Below are positions 47,101 to 52,534 of a stretch of 62,954 nucleotides of DNA, in pieces. Position 1 is the stretch's first letter; every line of letters begins with the position of its first letter. The DNA is from a virus (lineage: Duplodnaviria > Caudoviricetes): positions 1-62,954 of the IMG/VR virus record IMGVR_UViG_3300035703_000093. One strand, given 5' to 3'. The notes beneath the pieces were generated by a model. That model saw only the letters and a list, made by a program, of their open reading frames with translations, was not told where the DNA came from and made no database searches. The position numbers and the translations under genes are program-made.

Positions 47101-49038
47101 GTCGAGCGCGTCCTGCTTGGCCTCCGGGGAGGCGTTGGAGGCCTGGACAGCTTCCTGGTAATCCTTTTCGGAGGTCAGGCTGGGGTGGACGATGACAGCG
47201 CCGTTGCTGAGGAGGCGGGTTTTGCGGGCGTCCTCGGCCTGGGTCATGTTCTTGCCAGACTTCCACGACTCGGACACGAGGCCCTGGTTCATCTCGTCGG
47301 CGGTGACCTGGTCCCAGTCGAGCGCCTCGGCGTCGGCGAGCAGGCGGCGGGCCTCTGGCTCGGAGAGGCCGGTGGCGTTCATGAGTTTCTGACGGGCGGC
47401 GATAAAGAGATCACCGGCGCTGGCGTGCAGGTCGGGATTGTCGGCGAGCTGCTTCTGGATGTCCGCATAGATCTGCACGGCGGTCTGGATGCGCTGCTGG
47501 CCGGTGGCGATGGAAGCCTGGGCCTTGGCGTCGATGTCCTGCTGGAGGGCCTGCTGGGCGGCCTCGGGGACGCCGTCCGGGTACATCTCGGCGAGGGCCT
47601 GCTGGCGCATCTCGGCATCGCTGCGGAGGGCGTCGAGTTCCTGCGCGGTCTGCTCCATGCCGGGGGTGAACTGGAGGCGGCGGCGGCCGGTGTCGATCTG
47701 CTGCTTCTGCTGGGCCTGCTGGCGGGTCTGGAGGTGTTGGGCGGCTTCGTTCAGGAGCTGGACCTCGCGCTCGTGCTCCTGCTGCTCGATCTGGAGGCGT
47801 GCCCAGTCGTCCTGCTGCATGGCCTGGGTGTCCTGGGCGCGGGCGGTGATCTCCTCGCGCTTCGCGGCGAGGTCCTTCGGCCAGTGCTCGACGGTGCCGT
47901 CCGGCAACTGGTAAACGACCATTTCGCCGGCGGTGAGGCCCTGCTGGCGGCGCTGGGCGGCTTCGGAGTTTAAGGTTTCAAGTTTCAGGTTCCAGGTGTC
48001 AAGCTGGGCGTTGAGCGCGGTGGCTTTCTCCTCGATGGCGGCGCGGCGCTGGTCGAGGTCGGCGGCACTGGCCTCGAGGTCGGCCTTGAGTTCCTCCGGC
48101 GGGAGACGGAGACGGCGCTGGCGCTCGGCTTCGAGCCAGGCGTCGGGGTTGTCGCGCTTGAGTTTGAGATTGTAAATGGCCGCGGCATTCTGGTCGTGCC
48201 ATTGCTGGTTTTCGTCGTCCTTGGCAAGACTGGCGCGGAGATCGCGGATTTTCTGGGCGTGAGGTTTTGTCGCGTCGTTGGCCTCCAGCAACGCCAGATC
48301 CTCGTCGGTGAGTTCTGGATTGGTGGGGTCGAGACTTTGCAGCCGTTGGAGGTGCTGCTGGGCTTTTTGGGCGTCCTCGGTGGGGGATTCGTTCCAAGGA
48401 ATCCAGTCGTTGCCGTTGTTGAGCGCCTTGGCGCGTTCCTGCAACGCGGTTTGGAGACCTGGGAGCGCGTAGTTCTGCGTGATGTTTTTGATTTCCTCGA
48501 CTGTTTTGTCCCGGTCGGTGGATTTCATGCGGCGGCGTGCCGGGTCGCCCATGGTCGCTCCCAAGGCGCGGAGCTTCTCGTCGTAAATCTCGCGGCGCTT
48601 TTTCTGCGCTTCCTGCGCCATGCGGGCGGCGACGTCGGCCTCGGTTTCGTGGGCGATGGGGCTGCCATCGACGGGGTTGAGGCTGTGGCGCACGCCTTTG
48701 CGGGTGAGATCGGCGCGGGCCTGCTTGTTCTTGAGTTCGAGGGCGTCTTTCTCAGCCTTGGCCTGGGCTTCGGCGGCTTTTTCGGCCTGCTTTTGCTCCC
48801 AAAGGGGATCGGGGTGGAGGTTGCCGTCGGCGGTGGTGACGGGGATCATGCCCTGGCGGCGGTATTCCAGCTCTTTCTGGGACAGCTCGGCCTTGCGGGC
48901 CTCCCTGGCCTGGGCTTCGGCCTGTTTGGCGGCGGCCTTGGCGGCCTGGTCCTGCTCGCGCTGGCGCTGGGCGACGAGGCGCTCGGCGTCGGCTTGTTCT
49001 TGCTGGGCGCGGCGGTAGGGGTCGGGTTGAGTGGGCAT
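29149..49038 (-). CDS. Giant (6629 aa) polyvalent internal-virion/DarB-like protein
   Basis: Uninterrupted ORF containing a Dam-like MTase (about 38630-39640), a FYSAL...EEMKW.G domain (about 36700-38180), a polyvalent-type kinase (about 35470-35940), a polyvalent inorganic-pyrophosphatase-like domain (about 34940-35335), a GNAT-like segment (about 32580-33090) and a helical LPD-type C-terminus. Confidence 0.88.
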   Translation of the reverse strand: MPTQPDPYRRAQQEQADAERLVAQRQREQDQAAKAAAKQAEAQAREARKAELSQKELEYRRQGMIPVTTADGNLHPDPLWEQKQAEKAAEAQAKAEKDALELKNKQARADLTRKGVRHSLNPVDGSPIAHETEADVAARMAQEAQKKRREIYDEKLRALGATMGDPARRRMKSTDRDKTVEEIKNITQNYALPGLQTALQERAKALNNGNDWIPWNESPTEDAQKAQQHLQRLQSLDPTNPELTDEDLALLEANDATKPHAQKIRDLRASLAKDDENQQWHDQNAAAIYNLKLKRDNPDAWLEAERQRRLRLPPEELKADLEASAADLDQRRAAIEEKATALNAQLDTWNLKLETLNSEAAQRRQQGLTAGEMVVYQLPDGTVEHWPKDLAAKREEITARAQDTQAMQQDDWARLQIEQQEHEREVQLLNEAAQHLQTRQQAQQKQQIDTGRRRLQFTPGMEQTAQELDALRSDAEMRQQALAEMYPDGVPEAAQQALQQDIDAKAQASIATGQQRIQTAVQIYADIQKQLADNPDLHASAGDLFIAARQKLMNATGLSEPEARRLLADAEALDWDQVTADEMNQGLVSESWKSGKNMTQAEDARKTRLLSNGAVIVHPSLTSEKDYQEAVQASNASPEAKQDALDRYPEIRAQQAKQTLDTIQHYQKVLGEDATWKAWETKRPKDVTPEEWALQFVEKNKTAAEGPLGTMLAKTKQFGVGLLQSVADLVGQSAALGAGILGSNRVTRGIADEELMGLSQRASNSAEALGQQKAVYGQTSDNFLTRGLFDQLPRLAGSLVPAAGGAKVAMSATRAFAATKLGARFLPSLSAAVAESASMPQMVKAVDTLRRAGMAGAATAGGAQTYAAQLGDIYTQLRKDHPEMTHAEALQQAQMPALWSGLSTSLLTLTFGSKGIERFLTRPQEAKELAAKVFTSRLQQMGLVGKEFIKGGAWETLEEAPDEAISQMLAAAATAKPGQENAAAKQALVDFLGKGLPELAVATTVLGGAGQGAAAFQDSTVLPENERNPANLPETVATAWTAIDNHQAIDAAGKVDAALTEQQQRRASLALHLAQGGELFDVDEADLNAAGWTRDGTDFKPLKDYQGPKVLDIDKGGLPVIKDSYVQALRDHGLEAVANAIPGTETATRNRYAQTTQPGQQPAGQTQPGPQQPQPGPAQGAAPDAVAGPNQSPVQNPAGQGTQPSPSGQPAPQPGNEVGGQTSASAVTEAPATVADTLANHLVQRGLPEADAKAAAAKITALPEFDGLSYEQIIAEGPKFRAALDDLGITGSLNSKDIATNPLKANPGGRLEKVKAEMEAKAAAATGGQTSASAVASAPASNLPPAVQTALDDAIPGQPSQEVFAAVKKAVQAKEMTEQQSAAIVAQQSGALDHTELRQALENKLGWNPTRANTAAALHFGDKSQSSIPLAAAKKQRQTTANNGKPSPTASDPTAGRIEIPQGSTAPAKALRKSAAWTRARLASLSRIKDPSIARTKDKAKKEARQKALNARKAWARQFLNLLENDVAAKLAGGLYDALAIGPVAVKRLGGQMTAVENIDGRITRLIDLDAMLAQFGYLGSPAQALAATNEEENVHAGQLRLEQQFPEQFGRAATIAKWRSLSREDQRSIYVAYHNSKFRQKSRKEDATLPKTALSDAQAYHLMREYERMYFQSVFRQGAVTEAVDPPAGLIGWLRDMLAALADLVRQIAGRMQPEFKQQLDQMAQAIDAHLAQVDSAAAANPDAAARPVILRDPGSIAVQAMRTGVLFEHLAKTDPALAPEPLARLFDLLTPALQSLAFQSWRSAQPRTANREQRTGNKAPKDALMRHLLADMAASDLTRRQVQNTLLGSADRADSPMASDSGAAQNNEPSPGGLTEAEASKQALDAIDDFRSEFENESAEIRREYRKDAVESGFGLTEAEVDEEIRQLGFRLKRELSDKLLSFGYRNSGATFHGSWYILGRGGNLEVSVRDHAKVLRPVDHYVMVDDALDFVQITIGLIEAVEWLAENDPKTEKAIAARAIRTGNPDIDEARNQSDVLGRGPVGTIEDAQQQSPTKGEATPPEVNSFNPSRASGGPLPSAPRAPTANSQQRTANLLTRLVSSLVSRTAPDQRTDLQRLLSAQPDAAKTALATLHVGLLKAAADLAGARFVQSLPPTTANSEQRTENTNKRLAAFASLPSELVKDRPPVTLPKLQITEAPRPGQIKPAFINEAAVEAMVQQARQRTARMAQVEEALAARDAEIEDFAKANKLDNLVTAKYRLEEQERAAAARAVVVAQNRARFFLEDNAARELELARQAGRQDATKAALLMLLGTGKIGQRRRAADWRTIGISEQRMLAALGLGVDQSAIDEGGARIYTLSRLKSALLAVEFTLAGSLEHQLALDDLAYVQSQPAKWQTAEDPAGAAYVRNDRVVIRQQALDDLALTYPHVAATIPHSEAERLLRISRRPQPATTTPAPAVAESPVSQNNLPNKNNDSRNDSRKMAGGEQPILGGGNTSPSTNNAGTEEILRIGRPATKSSNRDSASASTALPAPASQAGLPGIGSADAATGSGLSPENAGGNPAGVPTGTDNVAAWPQGMRSDGMPVVQTRDTPPQKVKLDFKIPLAKKGTSREASFPDADSLAAFQFKLDAKIMESDTATKAEKQKAQQRGLALIARLMEHTTLTSAEIEEKLKAYHDHLVEEAPKASSFSIFRPVSFRSWAKMPESKSKALPPPVGGDIISELKERFGGIGGPNESSNWDWWRDLTRDAENGPTQSKREAQTAARKGDVSDPARKRAWLLQEGIVNLSEPSSIDEAAGQLSDTEQTTEQDTRIARPWSVSSGQELGLAILDALDARMAAKNTDSVQDIEARDAAEALASAQDFAAYAAGATGQPFTTEELARELEPEDEIQIGSEWFTVQDTDPLTLDSDRFGSVTPQPGQTLNLTAGPNHLRLNNSAGNPARDALDAADDAEVIAALQEAGLLAASPRLRDAASRLVDGAVERHGITAFPQLLAHLVKRLPADAFHALKHPHLRSAWNTVMAERDLPEITPEAAQQALRPYAPHIERRFGEMPPDIARRQAALDEDDMSFPVAVPQGSADTPVRPVSTENSEPGTENKQADFWGTSFDDYRLETLPVPEGSPMTANAIKAIAPYLISGNKGDLLGRHGTFYLSLVEPATVVLDAFGGAAIYTHFLAQQGNLPAGSTWNEWEYSRSITNRQIKDAPAAVVRELISLRSAFDTAFPITDIQPTYEATMEKRRNIHAWINQTLEDYLPTQARDAMGRFPLPDTPRTAALYLFLQNNMAENRVVDFDLDAEGKPRTFTGGKLNGKDDFAFIYWDNPSNSMKHNRPSRVWSADMPALIRDASRRFTEATIRQGDGWQLAADAPAGALVFVDTSYFPTDEQTAAGAAVMNYGNTTLGDANPALWFQKFEKYLLPKGSDVRYVVTNNFNGRVVDQLEKAGWTVLRTFRGSPKKPSHEFIALSPAAVADLRLPSAPVRTYGPGGIPLGDSDGPLQTQSGGAAQNQRGLPAGEPRQTGKRDPQSGLYTPALDATLAGGPGWDRVTSARVAAELDADRRPGDDPLETSPEIDLADLEAQLQEDADRFSSPSVNEDNDVNDVSLSASNRRVEYVEPGFYSALAEAVRAKMPARATPEHILGILKNAGLKEEEMKWTGIRQWLQSQAQDGPITQDQVLAYLATEGSVKFTVTRFGNLSDRFTYRPTLRPERNGQGFDVINPAGEFVIWEPTEASAQETVADMNDGYNRVNPGGMQSTTRNTQLTLPGGTNPQEVVITWNQPRTENSEPRTNSPNLDTDRTHYGDLDALAWYRTTDRTNAAGNGLLVEEFQSKWHQMGRDKGYRDTMQTVPGVFGGTVPASPEEAAKVPDAPYRASWPLMLFKRALLDAVQSGKQWIGWTTGDTQADRYDLSKQVKRIDAKKFDQTRYEIAVLDKNDHEVRLPKEAFTAEELPEIVGKELAERIVSDLRFASPSRVVNYTGLDLRVGGQGMRKFYDDILVKEFAKYVKPWGGTVESSSITAKQRATSDSQPQGPPIGVVQMQPGTWGIEFPNGVFGQYPSQQRAQIRLQEELDNPTTPPVSPSSSLPASETPIHLIRITHQMRDSALAGQALFASQRFPLDRALTPTTLGSSAAFFRNREQRTANREPQTGQGLTALIPVTPVLISRAYQSALRGQSSQWLPIRAVWNQFHAQNPAVTPAAFMRGVKEGDDTGAVLLSPPESAATVAAAGPFKLRNASGIMSTDMMVPLASSARITEPPFSTPEAKALEETRIHAIDAYLHGKRRPIAETPPADQAGSSRAQLPALLSHLRRSQRTGGSSAPDAAARRAADRRRDKALLTDWARAAGILITDPPSRYDLDGPLDKGGSEHHVFRDQEGRWVKITRGDGTSYGYQPRDYRDEWDIAREGADAASYLEKLLLHNSIFHDDIVLHAVWADRVGNVALITSQPHYQGAYAAQETAIKPAMEAAGFIQLDPPSAYYRPADNLAVLDLHTENAITQDNGTFLRVFDNIILHPTGALRATFERLATERSPLAASDRQGGADTPVRSDLATQVAAAAAATNTNPTQPQKDAENYKTGKVDVHGLRLSIENPAGSTRSGTDATGKPWSVTLPHHYGRILGTVGRDKGHLDFFLGPNPDSQLVLIVNQRKPGNGHFDEHKVMLGFNTPAEAARGYMASYTKGWKGLQSAIPTTIPVFKHWLTTHDTTQPVTKEQIEKLAKTLPQPTSPHDKPVLLASAGRTKNPAPVSQGGEMSQSELANQPMSLLQRGRSPNQIEGSGESSLAEDVVAATGNNKPTEALPQLDSDAAAKIADWWSMTNPFTSQSQRDEISSVQRKVSGLIESIAADKAALTRSLPHSRTGYYLNHNEPINAVIVVNKAGDRIKMNAAEFVVTYQKLPDLPEGFKMGRTERGEFRVENSAGERQTSSNYTNPRTALLNFWSRRARALPPRPPQNDDYEELGLLRFLAQPQQPGHVATGLAVENLPGIDFSDGPDTRSGYMADMIKDLRKAAGDKVEIVGFQIGSATENRTVPVLGSRYDGGGETVGDTGQAARWQIETRIKKNESALSDAQAKQASLQAEQDAEKQRRAKLQQEALPAMRTFLEKLQRNGGTHDDLPQDQQWFLNGTPALQEIRSKIDKNNQLKRLANESLLSYGIHPTANKAAEVLDSRKAARAALIDQGAASNIYPQTLLDEQFQKYLNRALELLSFVTPNEINGWGEHLEKRLKLIKLGADVDIYSSEVVQERMEKQSSRLALEFLQQEASQQQEDMDALNRRWLPQWFPPNTPAQPMGTASWWQDILDQRDEEARAPARTFVAKVWRALAAHDEAFQYGRTSNASASKIAEAVSIPGKLVTAASQGDTVRFHGKNGYLDIHDADTDRPYIRSTAAESKGKKGGGGAQIYQAALDWIHNNGKRIKDDPGGLTSINAIRRTSNFASSALRHGTTKHLKPHDRQKVPWGKNAAINTAALLTKEMDNAFKAVAEARNWRYDFTRDEFIDSTGQPVGQQQIERAVLDAHPDTSGIGLATLQRAIVTASALETFQRGESEGLLSQIGSREGLPDGLTGVLYASNRLKNTTSGALIGGGIGAGAGALVAGAPGAAIGGTIGTAIGAATPNAREIAETAVALDRKLLTVPGAAQSLDLAGKAVDLTGALASKVIKGLVQAPLVPLRVNGYLADALGIQQPLATFGSNNLDKRLAAQLDKLAGPKLRSAKAAVETWLDKPDGLAPSIKGLVDQVLPTALLPREWLALHHEMQRKSAHGQETANDLIRALSGNPRLSDLAYPKEFAENPAARAQLFDAMEGRVPMATLPPEMQRLGERLRDLLRQTGSELVRQGLMNPDTFEELQSNGWMPRYTEDEARESAGSFLAAFKLGVRDLLQQRSTAYHIVDTTRKDKTGQYVTVSRDEGGKRNRWRFRDAASRDAFYHDFVRQQTLNMLQDRGDKTVADMLAPLSRSERASMRDQIKSLTVDQIANTAKLSPMLAGIVKQAKKHQYDRFLPKDPFEPAKLVKDPVYAVARYVLGQTHNAATMELLRKTAQHPEWVSDIALNGFTAIPDASRFGPLAGKHVRKDIAAQILDLVDVPNAALQFYDAILRKWKAGKLVWNPGSHIRDAVGNTMFATLAGNSLWNPGNWPYYQQAIAALRTGGKDFAELIEQQVIGGDAYTGLVKERLKGLLPDPKTIEDYDPGLVQRMLFGFGATLHGSHEFLASLRRLPDDLFKAAAYFKAKAELAEQGTENSEQRTRAAEHVRKWFPYYDRLGQSGTTRAVGRFVNPFFSFFRESTRILGTAVAERPLALTAALSFPAIVTAISAMLLGLDDDDMEEIQKDMAGKGKLFAFDTPLFSMLLPFRSAQGAVQQFDISAIMPFADLLGTRVAVTDATEDPWNRFWRGIVSGGPVLSLVDAWRHNEDAFTRRPIAEFGMTPLEKIKAYTKHAAGVALPPLAPGGTAFNTLMRAGDRATNKTLETYDPAQAFTRAVVGLNVKNATPDLYRKAHDWIIAQGGEVQEGMDYGSTTPASRARKALFAQLAQDEPNLKAIKNILGSLEKMGHPVRTEQDINKLLFYRNPLMVVGGIKRKGISAQDAQSMFRASLTGEARAAFENALQEFQRIKQRAPLLVRQAASL

Positions 49039-49126
49039 GGTTCAGGTTTGGCTACGCCTGTCTCGTGGACTCGGCTCAGGTTTCACGTTGACCGCCCTAT
49101 GAGGCCGGGCGGCGGTGGCGCGGGGA

Positions 49127-49513
49127 TTAATGGAGGAAAGGCTCGGACTCGTCTTTGGGTGTGACAGTGAGTTTCCATTCGCGATAAGCGGTTTCGGTTT
49201 GTATTGAATAGAAGCCGCTGTCGTCACTCACGTCGTCCATGGTTTGAGCGGTTTTTGCTCCAGAGCGTTGCTGGTGTTCCCAGAAGGCCTGCCGGTAAAA
49301 GAGGTTGATTCGTTTATTCAACAAATTCAGAAGGTTCTGCATGCATTCCATCTGCTCTCCTAAAAATTTTCTTTCTGAAAAACAGAGCGCTGGAAACTGC
49401 GGGGATTGGTCAATAAAAATCCTCAACTTCGAAAGGCGGAGGGCGAGTTCATCACGTTCGGCGATGACGCGGAGCTGATGAGGGGCGAGGATGGGGGGAT
49501 GGGGTATGTTCAT
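49127..49513 (-). CDS. Small helical protein (crAss001_48-like)
   Basis: HQLRVIAERDEL..RLSKL..FI....F...L.EQ...M..L..LL..RI. Confidence 0.65.
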   Translation of the reverse strand: MNIPHPPILAPHQLRVIAERDELALRLSKLRIFIDQSPQFPALCFSERKFLGEQMECMQNLLNLLNKRINLFYRQAFWEHQQRSGAKTAQTMDDVSDDSGFYSIQTETAYREWKLTVTPKDESEPFLH

Positions 49514-49556
49514 GGGGCGTTGGTCTTTGTTTGTGTCTGTGGTGGGTTGGGAGAAA

Positions 49557-49751
49557 TCAGAATGGCGAATGACGAACGTCGAGGAGAAGCAGGGGGTAGC
49601 TGGAGCCGATGGGTTGGTCGTAGGGCACGCAGGAGGGAATGTGGGAGGTCTGTTCGCTCGTGTTCTGCCCGCGCTGCAAATACCGCAGACAAGCGGCGTT
49701 GTGCGGGCAGCCTGAATCATGGCAGCGAGTTTTGTCGGCGGGGAGGGTCAT
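49557..49751 (-). CDS. Small Cys-rich protein
   Basis: D.TRC....CP....CLRY; ATGA overlap with the endolysin. Confidence 0.5.
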   Translation of the reverse strand: MTLPADKTRCHDSGCPHNAACLRYLQRGQNTSEQTSHIPSCVPYDQPIGSSYPLLLLDVRHSPF

Positions 49752-50290
49752 GCTTCGTTGGTGGAGAGGCCGCCGGAGGCCTTGAGGAGGTAGGGCTTCA
49801 CGCTGGCGGGCATGTTGTTGTAGGGAGGGCGGCGGGCGGCGATGAGGCGGTTTTTCTTGATGCGGGTGATGCAGGCCTTGTTGGACTGGTTGCCACCGAG
49901 GACGTGGTAGGCGGTGGCATCTTCGGCGACGTAGAAGCCGACGTGGCCGCCGGTGCCGCGCTCAAACACGAGGACGTCACCCAGCGCTGCGCGGGGGGCT
50001 TTGGTGCCGAATTTGGCCCAGTTGCGAGCCCAGAGCGGATCTTTGACGACGGGTTTGCCGGCGCGGTGGCAGACGATGGCGGCGTAGAGCCCGCACCAGG
50101 GGATGTCGTCGTCGGAGTAGCCGGTGATCTTGACGCCGGCGAGGTTCAGCTCGTCGCGCCAGTCGAGGATGGTCTTATTGCTCCCCTTCCCCACGATCTC
50201 CTGGACGCCGTAGAGGCGCATGGCCTCCTGGAGGGTGCGGGGGAGCTGGCCGAGGGTGGACAGCCAGGCATAGGCGGGCGGTGGGTTCAT
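49748..50290 (-). CDS. TIGR02594-like CHAP/NlpC-P60 peptidoglycan hydrolase (endolysin)
   Basis: DDIPWCGLY; ARNWAKFG; GDVLVFERGTGGHVGFY; VLGGNQSN. Confidence 0.88.
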   Translation of the reverse strand: MNPPPAYAWLSTLGQLPRTLQEAMRLYGVQEIVGKGSNKTILDWRDELNLAGVKITGYSDDDIPWCGLYAAIVCHRAGKPVVKDPLWARNWAKFGTKAPRAALGDVLVFERGTGGHVGFYVAEDATAYHVLGGNQSNKACITRIKKNRLIAARRPPYNNMPASVKPYLLKASGGLSTNEA

Positions 50291-50399
50291 GCGGGGGGGA
50301 GGGGCAAGGGGCAAAAGGAGAGGGGAAAGGTGACGGGAGGCAGGGTGCCGAGGGCTTCCCATTCGGCGCGTTCGATGTCTCCAAATTCGGGCGGCGGGG

Positions 50400-51854
50400 T
50401 CATGGGAGTAGGTTTTTGCCGGCGAATTTGGAAGGCGGAGCGATTTTAGTTTTTGTGGGCTGGTTGGTGGTGAGTCTTCCAAAAACTCCCAAAGGATTGC
50501 GTGCCGCCTGCTGCTGCATGACTCCGGTGATGGTTTTGATGGCGTTTTGTCCGGCCTGCTTGGCGCGGAGCAGCGGGGAGGCGGCAATGGGGGCGACGAC
50601 TTGGGCGGCGTTTGTGATGTTTTGTCCGCCGGTCTTGATGCTGTTTTGGAGCATGCCTGCGGCTTCGATGCCTTTGGAGATGATGCCGTCAGGGTTATTG
50701 GCGGCTTTTTGGGCAAAGTAGCCTGGAGTTGGGGGAGTTTGCGGCGGTTGGCTGTTGTTGGCGATGGTTTGCGGTGGAGAGGGAGAAGCAGGGGCGGGGG
50801 TAGGTGGGAGGACTCCTTGCTTGGCACGCTGGGCATTGACGCCGGGGCGGATGGCTTCGGCGAGGTCTTGGGCCGGTGTGGTTATTTGTGCTCCTGGGCC
50901 CGTTGCGTCGATACTGGCGATGCCATTGTTGAGTTGTTTGACGGGCGCATAGGGCTTCATCATGTCCTTTTGCAACTGGCGATGCGGCGCTTCACGCTGG
51001 GTTTTAAGGGTGTTTTGGGCGTCCGCGATTTGTCCGCGTCTTTCGGCTGCGAGCGCGTCGGTCTGGGCCACCGTCATGACGTTGGGGTTGGCTGCGTTGA
51101 AATCGGAGAGGGCTTTGGCGGCTGGCCCCTGTGACGGTGACGGTGGCGTCACGGGCGGCGTCACGCGTGACGTGACGTTACGCGTGACGTTATTCGTCAC
51201 GGGGGGCGTGATGGCGCTGGCGACGGTGGGGAGCTGGACGGCGGGCGGGGCCACGCCATTGCGGGCGGTCTGGCGCGGGATTTGGGTCTGGGCGGCCTTG
51301 GTGGCGGCGATTTCCTCGGTGGCGGGGCGTCCGTTGATGAGGCCGCCGGGGCGCGGCGCGGCGGGGCGTTTGAGGGTGGGCGGGAGAACGGAGGGCGGGC
51401 TGGGGACGTCTGTTTGCTGAAAACTGGAGGCCGGAGCCGTGGCCCGGACCTGTCCTTTGTTGTTCACCTCGCCGCCGGGCACGGGAGTCCATCCTGGGGT
51501 GCCGTTGACGGTGGTTGACGGTGGTTGTCCTGGTTGACTGGCGGGAGTATCGGACTGCCAAATATAGGAGCCTGGGCTGTGGCCGGGGATGAGCTGTCCG
51601 CCGGGTTTGGCGGTGGTGGCGGCGGGCGGCGGGGCGATGATGTTGCCCGCCTCGTCCATGCTGTGGCCGGTGGCCTGGCCTGCCTGGTTGTAGGCGGCGC
51701 GTTTGGCTTCGAAGGTGCCGTCGGCACGGGAGGCAAGGATGTTTCCCTGCCGGGTGGGAGGCGGGCTGACCGTGGGGAGGCCTGCCTGCGTGCGGGAGGG
51801 TTTGGCGGCGATGCGGGCGGCGTCTTCGGCGACCAGGCGGGAGGTGGTTCTCAT
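50400..51854 (-). CDS. Pro/Ala/Gln-rich low-complexity protein (possible ejection protein)
   Basis: Long ORF between the portal and the giant protein. Confidence 0.6.
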   Translation of the reverse strand: MRTTSRLVAEDAARIAAKPSRTQAGLPTVSPPPTRQGNILASRADGTFEAKRAAYNQAGQATGHSMDEAGNIIAPPPAATTAKPGGQLIPGHSPGSYIWQSDTPASQPGQPPSTTVNGTPGWTPVPGGEVNNKGQVRATAPASSFQQTDVPSPPSVLPPTLKRPAAPRPGGLINGRPATEEIAATKAAQTQIPRQTARNGVAPPAVQLPTVASAITPPVTNNVTRNVTSRVTPPVTPPSPSQGPAAKALSDFNAANPNVMTVAQTDALAAERRGQIADAQNTLKTQREAPHRQLQKDMMKPYAPVKQLNNGIASIDATGPGAQITTPAQDLAEAIRPGVNAQRAKQGVLPPTPAPASPSPPQTIANNSQPPQTPPTPGYFAQKAANNPDGIISKGIEAAGMLQNSIKTGGQNITNAAQVVAPIAASPLLRAKQAGQNAIKTITGVMQQQAARNPLGVFGRLTTNQPTKTKIAPPSKFAGKNLLP

Positions 51855-51856
51855 GG

Positions 51857-52141
51857 TCAAATGTGCTGTTTCAGTTTGTGGGCTGCGGTGGCTTTCTCTT
51901 GCCGACAGGCGGCGACGATCTCGTGGAGGCCGTGGTAGGTGGCGAGGTCTTTGGGGGCGGGAGCCTCGCCCTTGGCATGGGCGGCGAGAATGGCCTCTCC
52001 AGCGGCATCGTAGGCCTTGAACAGCTTCGGGGCCAGCCATTGCGTGAAGCCGTGGCAGCGCTCCAGCGAGGCGATGTGCGCGAGCGTGCGCTCGGCACTG
52101 GAGCGCTCGGCGGTGGCTTTGATCTCGGCGGGAGTGGGCAT
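51857..52141 (-). CDS. Small protein downstream of portal
   Basis: 94-aa helical ORF in a position common in podovirus head modules. Confidence 0.6.
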   Translation of the reverse strand: MPTPAEIKATAERSSAERTLAHIASLERCHGFTQWLAPKLFKAYDAAGEAILAAHAKGEAPAPKDLATYHGLHEIVAACRQEKATAAHKLKQHI

Positions 52142-52283
52142 GGGGGAATGACGAAATCAGAATGAGGAATGACGAATTTCAATGACCCGGTCCGGCCAGC
52201 GCCGTTGGGCGAGCGTCAGCATGCGGTCGAGCGAGGATTGTGGTCTGATGAGGACAACGACTTTCATATGGCGGGCTTGGGCG

Positions 52284-52514
52284 TCAGACGAAGCAATTGT
52301 AAGCGTGGTAGGTGTTTATGCTGGTGATGCGGCAGTTGTCGGCCTGTGTGAACCCTCCTTTTGCGGCGCGGTGGAAGATGACGAAGAAGCCAAACCTTGG
52401 CGCGTTACGATGCGGTTTTTTGAGCAACGGCAATGGAATGGGGAGTTGGATGCGGTTCTCGTAGCGAAAGCATTCGCGGAGCCCAGAGCGGAGGAATGTG
52501 AGCAGTGTTTTCAT
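52284..52514 (-). CDS. Hypothetical protein
   Basis: 76-aa ORF after the portal stop. Confidence 0.4.
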   Translation of the reverse strand: MKTLLTFLRSGLRECFRYENRIQLPIPLPLLKKPHRNAPRFGFFVIFHRAAKGGFTQADNCRITSINTYHAYNCFV

Positions 52515-52534
52515 GGTGTTTAGGTTGAGGGAAA

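Noticed and set aside
29149-49038. Tape measure protein or virion RNA polymerase
   Set aside because: No tape-measure periodicity or tail tube/sheath genes, and no RNAP catalytic motifs recognised; the domain content fits a polyvalent protein.
29521-49164. Long plus-strand ORFs (e.g. 29521-32064, 34846-36078, 45439-46818) and similar shadows such as 5344-6561, 17423-18928 and 60599-62173
   Set aside because: Antisense or alternate-frame shadows of real genes in high-GC sequence; low-complexity translations with no motifs.
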